DNA from: the human T2T-CHM13v2.0 reference genome, Homo sapiens
Strand: one strand, 5' to 3'
Length of the DNA stretch: 64,000 nt
Assembly (NCBI RefSeq): GCF_009914755.1
Contig: NC_060925.1
Positions 39,085 through 64,000 of this stretch are shown here, piece by piece (within the stretch, counting starts at the first letter, position 1; every line of letters begins with the position of its first letter). The notes under the pieces are model-generated. The model worked only from the letters and a program-made list of their open reading frames with translations, ran no database searches and was not told the origin of the DNA. A program made the position numbers and the translations under genes.

Positions 39085-39250
39085 AGGAGAGTGGGAGGCT
39101 GGGGGAGGGATAGCATTAGGAGAAATACCTAATGTAAATGACGAGTTGATGGGTGCAGCAAACCAACATGGCACATGTATACCTGTGAAACAAACCTGCA
39201 TGTTGTGCACATGTACCCTATAACTTAAAGTATAATAATAATAAAAAAAA
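39085..39250 (+). mobile_element. 5'-truncated L1PA 3' end
   Basis: gggagggatagcattaggagaaatacctaatgtaaatgacgagttgatgggtgcagcaaaccaacatggcacatgtatac...aacttaaagtataataataa + poly-A. Confidence 0.9.
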
Positions 39251-41056
39251 ACACAAAAATAATTGTAACCCATTGCCCACCCTAGCCCTGCCCGCCTTCC
39301 TATCTTCTTTCTTGGTTTTATTTTTCTCCATAGCATTTATCATGCTCAGACACACAAAATATTTATCTATTTTTGCTGTTTGTAATTGTCTTTCTCCCCC
39401 CACTAAAATGAACACTCCGTGAGGGCATGGCATTTTGCCTGCTTTGCTCACAATGTGTATCCCACTGAAGACATCCAATAAACAATTTATCGAATAAATG
39501 AATGCATCTACCTGATACCTCATCAAGAAATTGATGACCACTAATTATCATCTTTGAACCTCTGATTGGTGACCTCTGGCAAGGCTGAGGACCTTTAGCT
39601 CTAATCAATGGGCAAAAGGTTGACCTCTTTGCTACTGATTGGCTTTTCCTTTTCATTATACCCTTGGGCTGGATGGGGAAGCTGTGTGAATCAACGCTTC
39701 ATAAGCCTTCCTCTCTGAGAACTAGGGCTTCCAAGGAATTGGATATGAAAAGGCAGAGAGGAAGGAGGAGGATATGAGATGCCAGACGGGGGAGGGTGGG
39801 GGGGACAGGTCCCAGAAGAGGTCAGCTGGGACCCAGGCAGGATGGCATTGTGGCTGCGGGTGCCAGAGTCAGCCTGCCTGGGTTAAGGTCCTCAGTCAGC
39901 CTTGACTGCTGGGTAATCCGTGGTAAGTACCCACTGCTCCTGCCTCAGCTTCCCCACCTCTCACATGTGGTTGATCCTCACAGCCATCTCTTGGGGTTGT
40001 TCTGAAGATGAAATGAGATCATCTATGTAAGAAGCTGGCACTTAAAAGCACAGAGAGGGCACCAAGGAACGTATGGTCTGTCCTTATTTGGGGAATGGGG
40101 GTGGAAGGCGCCCAGCAGGGCATGGGGCGTGGTATGGCAGAGCCAGGACTAAGGGTCTGTAGCCTCCTAAATCAGGGCTTTCTCCGCAGGATTTCCCATG
40201 TTCTCACCATCTACAGAGTCACTCCCCTCCACCCTGCTGCCCCGTTCCACCAAGTGGCCCTCACACTAGGTGGAGGAGCCCTCACAGATCTCTTTCCTTC
40301 AGCCTGCCGTTCTTTCTGCAGCACCAGGGCCCTGGGACCAGCTGGTGGTTTCCACCAGAGCAGCCTCGGGGTGAATTTAGTCAGGAATGTGCCCTCAGCT
40401 CAAGAGAACCCTCCCCCACCTTCCACTCCCCATACCCACCCCCGACCGCAGGTTCCCCACCCACCCGTGGCCTGGCCAGCAGCAACCTCCACTAGCTCGC
40501 TAGCTCAGTGACGGTGACGTCAGCCCTGCAGTGCAGGCTGGGCTGGTTTACCCGCAAGTTTCACCTCTCCCTGGGGAGACTGGATTACCTCACCCTGGGA
40601 GCAGAGTGAATGATTAACCAGCTTCATCCTGGAGGGCCTCAAAGGCCCGTCCTGGGGTGTAGGCCTACAGGGCAAGGGGCTGCATGGTCACATACCTAAG
40701 TATGTGTGGTCACATACCCTAGTATGCGGGTTCACATACCCCAGCCGGGGCTGGGGTATGTGACCGCCCCGTCCTTGGCCACTGCCCTCTTATCTGCATC
40801 ACTGCTCACAAGTGTCATAAAAATTTGTCTACAGCATATATAAATATACATATGACGTGGAAGGCTTCCGATGGCAAATAACATTTTCCATTTTGCCTAA
40901 GCTTGGGTGGCTTTTTATTCATCTATTGTTGTTTTAAGTACACATTTCCATCTAAACTTAGATGTATGTTTAGGCTGGCCGCGGTGGCTCATTGCCTGTA
41001 ATCCCAGTACCTTTTAGGGGGTTGAGGCGGGTGGATCATTTGAGGCCAGCAGTTCA

Positions 41057-41320
<264 letters not shown>

Positions 41321-41537
41321 TTACCCCTGAAGGTCTCAGCATCCTACCTGCTCTATTCATTAGTGTTTAGATTACCCATGACACCAGAAGGACTTCCCAA
41401 CCCAGAAAAAGATCCAGGAGTTGATATAAAATATAGAACTACTATAATATTAGCAACTTGGAGCAGCAAGTTCTTGACTTGGGAAAGTAGGAATTCCTCT
41501 CATTAAGAGATGTTTGCCCACAGGGAATGCTGCATAG

Positions 41538-41981
<444 letters not shown>

Positions 41982-42974
41982 TGACACATTCTGTTTTCAG
42001 ATGTACTGACTTTAGGAGTTGGTAAATAGTCCTCTAGCAATGCAAATGCAAATTATATATTAAAATATGAATTTTTTTCTCCAGAAACATCACAAGATTC
42101 TGGATTTTTAAAATCATAAAGCTAACAAATTATACATATATGTATGTAAAGATGTGTGGTGTGTATTACACACGTGTATAGGTACAAATCTTGAAAGAAC
42201 ACAATGGGGGGGCCAGGCATGGTGGCTCACACTTGTAGTCCCAACACTTTGGGAGGCTGAGGCAGGCAGATCACTTCAGCCCAGGAGTTTGAGACCAGCC
42301 TGGGCAACATAGTGAGATCCTGTCTCTAAACAAAACAAAACAAAACAAAACAAAAGCCTGGCATGGTAGTGCATACCTGTTGTCTCAGCTACTCAGGAGG
42401 CTGAGGTGCGAGGACCGCTTGAACCTGGGAGGTTGAGGCTGCAGGGAGCCACGATTTCGCCACTATACTGTAACCTAGGTGAGGGAGGGAGATCCTGTCT
42501 CAAAAAAACAAACAAAAAAACTATAAAAGAAAGACATTCAATAAAACACATCAGGATTGATGATCATGTATATACTGATTTATTCACAAATATTTAACGA
42601 GCTACTATTATCTATGGAGTACTGTGCTAGATACTGAAGGTACAAAGTGGGAAGAGAACAGAGTGATCCCTTCTCTCAAGGCTTTATAGCGTGTGAGATT
42701 AGCAGATGACATCCAGTGAACCGCACCATTGAGTGAGGCCTGGCTGCTAGTTAGAGATCAACTGAATCAGGAAGGATAATCAATTGGTTTGCAGGGCTGG
42801 GCTGCATGGAGGTATCCAAGGCACAGATGGAGCAGTAGCACCTTCCACAGGCCTGGGGCACACAGGGCCACTCAGCACGAGGGCCCATCCCTGGCAATGA
42901 ACGTGCTCCTTGGAGAGAAATCTCACATCCCAGTATTTCTGGATCATTGTGCCTAGAGACCATAGTGGTAGGAG

Positions 42975-43327
42975 TGATATGGTTTGCCGTGTCCCCACCC
43001 AAATCTGAACTTGAATTGTATCTCCTAGAATTCCCATGTGTTGTGGGAGGGGCCTAGGAGGAGGTAATTGAATCATGGGGGCCCGTCTTTCCTGTGCTAT
43101 TTTCGGGATAGTGAATAAGTCTCACAAGATCTGATGGGTTTATCAGGGGTTTCTGCTTTTGCTTCTTTCCCATATTCCCTTGCTGCTGCCATGTAAGAAG
43201 TGCCTTTCATTTCCCACCATGATTCTGAGGCCTCCCCAGCCATATGGAACTGTAAGTCCAATTAAACCTCTCTTTCTTCCCGGTCTCGGGTATGTCTTTA
43301 TCAGCAGTGCGAAAACGGACTAATATG
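42975..43327 (+). mobile_element. THE1 (ERVL-MaLR) solo LTR
   Basis: Starts tgatatggtttg.cgtgtccccacccaaatct, ends aaacggactaata(tg); 353 bp; 5-bp TSD aggag (42970-42974 / 43328-43332). Confidence 0.92.
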
Positions 43328-44014
43328 AGGAGTCTGCCTACTGCAACCTTGAGTGAGGATTCTCTGCAAGGACCTCAGTCCTCCAGGGAGATTGGCTCCC
43401 TCTCTGTTCTGGAAATGGCTTTGTTTTCAGCCCAAGTCCCTGGGGATTTCCCAATCTCAGTCTTTTCACTGCACAGATCCTGCCCTAAGTATTATCACTG
43501 CTGCTGACTCAGAACCTTCAGATATGGGACATCTAGTCATTGGGTTCTACTTGGTTTCTGGGATGTATATGGATCCACAACAGTACGAGGTCCCTTGGAT
43601 GGCTTTGTTTGGGCACATTCCAAGCCTGCTGGTGCCATTTTCCCACACCAGTCAGATAAGTGTGAGAAAATGGCACCAGCAGGCTTCTAATGCAGCCCAC
43701 AGATGGGCCACCTATCAGCTGTTTGTCAGGTGTGTACAGAGCAGATGGCTAGCCCTGTGTCAAAGGCCTGGGAGCACTAAGGCTCCCAGGAGAGCTCAGT
43801 GGCACCTGCTTGGTTCTTTGGATGGGGAGCTTGCATTTGACCCCTTTTCCACCTCCTCTTTCTCCTGTTCCCAACGTGTGTCCTGAATTTCACAGATTAG
43901 CAGATCTAGTTATCCCCACAGACAGAGATGAGGGAGAAGTCCTCTGTTCTCACAGCCTGTTGAATTTCCATCTTTAGTCACCCTGTACCATTGCCACATC
44001 TGCAGACATCCTAA

Positions 44015-44203
<189 letters not shown>

Positions 44204-44224
44204 TAGCTAGTTTTTGTATTTTAA

Positions 44225-44338
<114 letters not shown>

Positions 44339-45066
44339 TAGCCTGATGTTTTCTCTTTAAATAGACTCCCCTTTACATCATAAGTGAAACAAGTCAGACA
44401 TGAAAGAACAATTATTCTATGTGATACCTAGAATAGGCAAATTTACAGAGACAGAAAGTAGAATGGTGGTTGGTAGGAGCTGTTAGGAGGGGATGTGGCG
44501 AGGCAAGAATGGGGAGCTAGTGTTTAATGGGTACAGAGTTGCAGTTAGGGAAGATGAAAATGTTCTGAAGATGGGTGGTGGAAATGGCTGAACCACAATG
44601 TGGCTATCCTTTTTTTATTATTATTATTAAGATGCAGTGTCTTGACCAGGCTGGAGTGCAGTGGTATGGCTCACCCCACCCTCAATCTCCTGGGCTCAAG
44701 TGACCTTTGACCTCAGCCTCCCAAGTAGTTGGGACTACAGGCATGCACCACCACACCCAGATAATTTTTAGCTTTTGTATAGTGATGAGATCTCCCTTTG
44801 TTGCCCAGGCTGGTCTCAAACTCCTGGGTTCAAGTGATTCTCAGCCCTGCAAAGTGCTGGGATTACAGGTGTGAGTCACCGTGCTCAGCCTCCACAATGT
44901 GAATATACTTTAATGCCACAGAACTGTTTTTTTAAAATGGGACCTACAGCCAGGCGTGGTGGCTCACGCCTGTAATCCCAGCACTTTGGGAGGCCGAGGC
45001 AGGCAGATCACGAGGTCAGGAGATCGACACCATCCTGACTAACATGGTGAAACCTTGTCTTTACTA

Positions 45067-45397
<331 letters not shown>

Positions 45398-45407
45398 GCA
45401 GCAAACT

Positions 45408-46986
<1,579 letters not shown>

Positions 46987-47524
46987 TGGTTAAAAGGGTA
47001 CTGTTATGTCTGTCTTACCACAGTTCAGCCCTTCCAGTTGATAAACATAACATTTTGCTGTGATACCTGGAAGAATTTAGAAGTGAATTGAGAACTTTTT
47101 AAAAAGTCAGCCCATTTTACTTAAATGTAATTCCAAAGGAAACTTTATATCTCTCTGTCTCACCAAAAGTTTGATGTACTAGTTATCACTTTCTTAGCAT
47201 AAATTAAAGTCAATTAACACCTATTAAATGTTTAGAAATGTTTGGCCATGTGCCACCTAAGCTCATTTTAGGAACTACCAGTAGTGCCCTTGGCCACACC
47301 TTGGGCAGCCCTGCCTTTCAGAAGGAGCCTGCAGTGTAACAGAGTGCAGGCCGGGCACAGTGGCTCACACCTGTAGTCCCAGCACTTTGGGAGGCCTAGG
47401 GAGGTGGATCACCTGAGGTCAAGAGTTCGAGACCAGCCTGGCCAACATGGTGAAACCCCGTCTCTACTAAAAATACAAAAATTAGCTGGACGTGGTGCTA
47501 GGCGCCTGTAATCCTAGCTACTCA

Positions 47525-47626
<102 letters not shown>

Positions 47627-47629
47627 TCA

Positions 47630-47661
<32 letters not shown>

Positions 47662-48642
47662 CAGAGTGCAGACTGCAGAGACCAGCAGATTTCAGACTTC
47701 AGACTTCATTCTGGCATGGCCACCTAGAGCTGTATGACCTTGAGCAAGTGGCTGAACCTCTCTGAGCCTCAGTTTCCTTAGCTGTAAAGTGGGGGTGCTC
47801 AGTCCCTGCCTTGTGGGATTAGTGAGATTAACTGATGTGATGCATGTAAAGCTCGCTGTGCGGCACATGCCATCTCTCCTTCTGCTGCTCTACTATTGTT
47901 ATTACTGAGAAGAGGGCAAAGCAATATTTGGTCACCTCCTCCAGGAAACCTTCACCGAGCCCCTCCTCCATTGGCCCAGAGTGTTCAGTTCTCTCTCTGC
48001 TCCTCGAATTCCCAGGGAATATCTCTAAGATAACATTCGTATCCAATAGCAACTGAGGTAAGAGACTGTGACAGTTGCTGTCGGGGATGTCTACCCTGGG
48101 TTGGCACTAGGGTGGTCAGTAGCTTTAGGGAAATGTGTAGTGGGCAGCTCTGCCACTCTGCAGGGTGGCAGGGGTATACGGTGAGCAACACACATTCAAC
48201 TGGTGAGGGACGCTTGGCATCAAGTGGCTGTAGGAGGAGCTGGCTTCCCTGCCCCTCATTAGGGTCAGCACCCCAGGCCCCCACCCCAGCCAAGGGAGGC
48301 CCTTTCCAACAAGCCCCAAAATGTTGCCCCAGAGATAGCAGTCATTCACTTGCCCGGCACCTGGTGACCCCCCACTGTCCCTTTAATGTCTGGAAGGAGG
48401 CTCAGAAATCCCCCCAGTGCCGCATGTCCTACCTCACCGCCAGCTGGGCAGCTCTGCCTGGGCAGAATAATGACCATGGCAATCATCCTAACATTTTGAT
48501 TGGGTTTCACCATTTACAAAACACCTTCATGTTCGTCACCAGCTTGGGTCTTCGCATGACAGTTCTGAGGTAGTCAAAGCAACTATTATTCTTCCTATTT
48601 TTTAATGAAAGAATAAAAAACTAGGCCAGGCGCGGTGGCTCA

Positions 48643-49190
<548 letters not shown>

Positions 49191-49277
49191 ATAGCCAGCC
49201 AGGCATGGTGGCTCATGCCTGTAATCCCAGCACTTTGGGAGGCTGAGGCAGGTGGATCACCTGAGGTAGAGAGTTCA

Positions 49278-49522
<245 letters not shown>

Positions 49523-49525
49523 TCA

Positions 49526-49855
<330 letters not shown>

Positions 49856-50882
49856 TCAAAACTGATAGCCAACATTTGGTCAGGGGTGGTGGCTCATGCC
49901 TGTAATCCCAGTACTTTGGGAGGCCGAGGTGGTCTGATAACCTGAGGTCAGGAGTTCAAGAACAGCCTGGGCAATATGGTGAAACCCTGTCTCTACCAAA
50001 AATACAAAATAATTAGCCGGGCGTGGTGGCGCATGCCTGTAGTCCCAGCTACTCGGGAGGCTAAGGCAGGAGGATCGCTTGAGCTGGGAAGACAGGGTTG
50101 CAGTGAGCCGAGATCGCACTATTGAACTCTAGTCTGAGTGACAGAGCAAGACTCCGTCTCAAAAAAAAAAAGGCAACATTTACTAATAATGTATTATTAT
50201 CTAACCCAGCAGCTAGAGTGATCCAGCTAAGTCATGAGTGAGCCATGACTCTCCTCTGCTCAGAGCCCTCTAAGGTGCCCCTCTCACTAGAGCATACACT
50301 GAGCCCCTACATGGTCCTGGGGTAACTGGTACCAGGGTCCGTGTTGGACATCCTCCTCCCTGCCCTCTTCCTCTCTCCCTACAGCAGCACTGGCCTCTTC
50401 ACTGTCCTCCTAATGTGCCACACATGGCCCCACCTCAGCGCCTTGCACTGCTCTTTGCTTGCCCCAGTCCTCCCCTCCACGATCACGAGGATCTGTCCCT
50501 CAATGGCTTCAGGTCTTTATTCAAATAACCCCTTTGCAGGATGACCTCCCTGGCAACCCCTCCACACACTTCCTGTAGTTCTCTTTCTCCCCAGCATTCA
50601 TCATTATCTAATGTGTGAGATATTTGTGTATTTATCTTGTTTCACGTCTATCCCCCACTAGAATGGAGGCTAATGTGGGCAGGCAGTGGTCTGTTTTGTT
50701 CACTGATTTATCCCAGCCCCTAGAAGGGTACCCGGAACCTGGTGGATGGTCAAGGAATATGTGTTAACCAGGAGTGGTGACTCACACCTGTAATCCTAGC
50801 TATTTGGGAGGCTGAGGCAGAAGGATCACTTAAGCCCAAGAATTTGAGACCAGCCAGAGCAACACAGTGAGACAAAAAATAA

Positions 50883-51265
<383 letters not shown>

Positions 51266-53405
51266 TAAGATTTCCTATGGCCCAAGTACTCATAAGCATC
51301 CTGCATGGATTAACCCTGAGAGGCAGGTGGTATTATTATTCTCACTCTACCTGGGTTCCCACCTGATAATTGGTGAGGCCCTTTCAAATGTCCTTTGGCC
51401 TTCTATCCCCTGCCTTCTCTTGACTCCTTGAAGTGGGAAAATGAAACCTAAAGTGCCTCCCTCCCCAGAGTGGGCCATGTGGCGAACTCTATCCAATGTC
51501 TCAGCACCTGCCACTCTCTAGTTGCATCCTGGCCATAGGCTGAATGGGTAGGGAGTTCTCTGAGGCTGAGACCATGCTGTGAGGGAGGATAGGCGGGCCA
51601 GGGACAGTGCCAGCAACAGGGACCAGGGAGTGGTGGGAAGGTAAAATAAAGGCAGAGGAAACTTCTCCCAATTGAGGCACACCTACCCAAGGCCTCTGCC
51701 CCTACCCAGACTCCTGACTTTGACCTGCCTAAAATAAATCCGGGGTCTGCAAATGGCCTGGAGGCTGCAAATGGCCTGAAGGCTAGTGGTTGGAGGGCAA
51801 ATAAAGGCAACTCATGGCACTGCATGCTGCCCCTTGGTGGGCAGGTCCCAGGTCCCAGGGTACCAGCCCCCCTGGGGTGTGATGTGGGCAGCCTCTGAGC
51901 TAAGTGAGGTGCAAACAAGAAACCTGGGTTGCCTTTGCCCTCTGTCCGCCCCTTGTCCTCTGTTTACATCCTCCCTTCCCGTAAATGAGTTGGGTGCTGG
52001 GCCCCACTGGCCCTGATCCAGACACACCTGTAGGACAGGTTGGGCAGAGCTCTTGGGGGTGGAGAGCGGGTGGCAGTACTGGCAGGTGTTTCAGGCCCTT
52101 GGGGAGCAAGCTCTGTTCCTTTCCATGGCAGTGCTGCTGCCAGGCTCTTGCTGCCTTGGGCCAGGAATTCTTGGCCAACTCCAAAAGGATGGGATGGCTC
52201 TAGGGGGGGCTACCTTGCCCAAGGAGTGCCAGGAAGTTGTGTTCAAGCCCTCAGAGGCAAGAGGACCAAAGGCTCTTTATCTTCAGTGGGCATTTCCCAG
52301 CAGAAATCTGAGGTCTAGAGCGAGACAGAGTAGAATTGACAATAAGATCCACACTTGAGCTGCTAGCTGCCTTGATGGGAGACCCCACTGTAACATGGTG
52401 TCCAGGAGGAGGTGGCGGTACTGGGCACCCTGGGTGGCTCTGCCTCTCTCTGGACTTTGTTCTGCAGTCAGGTCAGTTGAGGAAGCAAGAGTGAACCTGG
52501 AGTTTGGGTTTCTGGAAGGAGCAAGGGGGAAAGGCAGACTTGGGCAAGGGACATAGGTGTCAGATGAGGCAAGTCTGAGTCAGAAGGCAGAGCCTGTGTC
52601 CCAGAGGAAGAGAAACACCAGTGTCCAGCCTCCAGGCCACTTGCAGCCCCCAGATTTATTTTAGGCAGGTCAGAGTCAGGAGTCTGGGTAGGGGCAGAGG
52701 CCTTGGGTGGGTGTGTCTCAACTCAGAGAAGTTTCCTTTGCCACCAGAGGATTAACTGACCAAGTTTACCTAAGATGTGTTTTCCACCTGATCTCTTCTG
52801 TCTCTCTCAACAACAATGATGACTGTGTACTCAGTCAACAAATATGTAGTAACTGCTTACTATGTGCCCAGCCCTTTGCTGGGTGCTTAGATCACAGCTG
52901 TGTTCATTGGTGACTTTACCAATCCATGGCATCATCTCGGTGGGGCACTGTCCTGGTCAGCTCCTTCTCCCATTCCCTCCATCACTCCTCCACCCTCACC
53001 TGCAGCTCCTGCATCTCTTGACTCTCATCAAATGATCTTGCTGTCTTCTTCACGGGAAGGCCATGACCTCAAACAGGAAATCCTTCAGTTTCCCACCCTG
53101 CTGAATCTGTACCACCTTCCCTCCAGAGGAGTAGAAGAGGTGTCAACCCTGCCCCCGTGCTGGCGGTCCCAGTCCTGCTCAGCTTCTCTGGACAGGAGAT
53201 TAGCACACAGAGGCTCAGCTCTAAGACCACCTAGAGGCCTGCTTTAGGGGGTCCTGCTGAGTAAGGCAGAGGCTCAGGGTGGCCACAGTGGAGAACTGCT
53301 GGCTTAGCCTGCTTCCTGCATTGTGCCTGAGATGCCTGTGGCAAAGCTTTGCAGTCCCCACACCTGATTCTGTATGTCCTGGGACACAATGACTTGGATT
53401 TCATC

Positions 53406-53800
53406 TTTTTTTTGTTTTTTCAAGCCAAAAATTAGGATTCAGTTTATTCCAACATTGAATGTATCAGGAAAACCAAAGATAAAGTGACAGAGGTACATTA
53501 GGCACACTGTATACAGATTTCATCTTTACTTGACCTTTGCCAAAGAACTATGCATATTCTGGTGATGGTGGTTTTCTTCAACAGATCTTTACGGGGAAGG
53601 CCCTCTCATTTCCTCCACACCTTTCCTCTAGTGAAAGCGTTCTCAACCTCCAAGGAGTGTTGGGATTGTCTCCCCAGGTCATATCATCTGTCATCCATAT
53701 GGGCTGTTAGCTCTGCGATTTTTGTTCTCAGTCCCCAGGCTGTCTCTCAGCTCTAGAAGGAATTGTTCAAGGTCCTCCAGGTCCATGGCTCACTGCCTAC
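53406..53800 (-). pseudogene. Unidentified retrocopy-like or terminal-exon-like segment
   Basis: Minus strand: Kozak GCCATGG at 53786, short ORF MDLEDLEQFLLELRDSLGTENKNRRANSPYG*, AATAAA 53448-53443 located 22 nt before an A-rich tail. Confidence 0.4.
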
Positions 53801-53814
53801 TGCCTTTTCCTTTT

Positions 53815-54620
<806 letters not shown>

Positions 54621-55399
54621 AGGTTAGTCCTATTCCTAACACAGGCACCCTGGAAGGCTGAAGCCCTCTGTACAGCTCTTGCTCCCTCTAGAAGAGATTT
54701 TCTAGCTCTCTTTGCTGTTCCCCGACTCTTTAGAGCCATGACTCTGCCTGTCTCCAGCACTTATTGCTCCATCGTTCTTTCTTAAGCTGGGTTTCCCCTG
54801 ATCTCTCAGAATATATCATCCCAGAGTCACTAGAAAGAATGGGAGCAGACGGGAAAGGGTGGGGAGAACTACCCCTATTACGTAGGCATGTGTTTTGCAT
54901 ATGTTATCTAAGTCTTTCAACAACCCTGTGAAGTAGGTACTATTATTATCCCTTTCTACTTATAAGGAAATATAAGAGTCATATAGGTTGGGCCGCTCAC
55001 CCAAGGTCAAGTTGTTACCTTGCAGTGGTGGAGCCTGGACACCAGCCCAGGTCTTGTAGACCAGAGCTTCTCAAACTATTTGTGAAGGACCAATTTTGAA
55101 AAAAAAAAAAAAAAAAAAAAGGACCAATTTTGTTTTTGCTTTGGTTTAGGTTGTTTTTAATTTCCAGTCTAAAATTATTGCAAAGCATAATAAAAATGAA
55201 TTGCTGGAAAAATGAAAAGAAGGAAAGGAAAGGATATACAAATTATAAGCCCATTTTGTTGTTGCTGTTGTTGTTGTTATTGGGTTGAACAGATGTAACA
55301 TTTTTCTGTCAAATTACTTTAATAGTTTCTAAGCATGGACTGGTACCAACCAGTCTGCAGACCACATCACAGGCTGCATGAAGAGAATCTCTCTGGGGA

Positions 55400-59085
<3,686 letters not shown>

Positions 59086-59224
59086 GTGGGCTTTGAGTTT
59101 CGTGTACGAGTAGAGAATGTATCTAAATTATTAGCATCATTATCACTCAAAGATGTTTCTATTGAGCAGCTTTTGGAAGAGCTGCTGGGGACACTCATGT
59201 GGACATGACAGAAAATAGATCTGC

Positions 59225-63962
<4,738 letters not shown>

Positions 63963-64000
63963 CAGGAACCACTGAGCATAGGTCACTGGAAGGGAGATTT

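Overview
Human (primate) genomic DNA, recognisable as the chr1q32.1 RNPEP-ELF3 locus. It holds the last eight coding exons of RNPEP (aminopeptidase B, + strand, 1794-11375) and the intronic tailed mirtron MIR6740. It also holds the complete ELF3/ESE-1 gene (TATA/CCAAT/NF-kB/Oct promoter near 16.1-16.2 kb; 8 coding exons totalling 1116 nt = 371 aa + stop). The remaining ~41 kb is very Alu-rich and intergenic, and most ORFs in the supplied track are Alu-derived or antisense artefacts. The downstream region contains an LSM3 retrocopy whose middle was replaced by a TSD-less Alu, a 5'-truncated ATP6V0E1 retrocopy split by three Alus, an unidentified retrocopy-like segment, a THE1 solo LTR, MER20, L1 3' ends and a poly(A)-only insertion with a perfect TSD. 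The most interesting unexplained signals are a minus-strand TATA promoter plus splice donor converging on the ELF3 3' end, a triple-hairpin element in an enhancer-like island at ~40.7 kb, a mixed-orientation micro-repeat in RNPEP intron 6, and a possible convergent CTCF pair bracketing ELF3. I see no convincing evidence of a wholly new gene system. Gene identities and exon numbers come from recalled sequences, not database searches.
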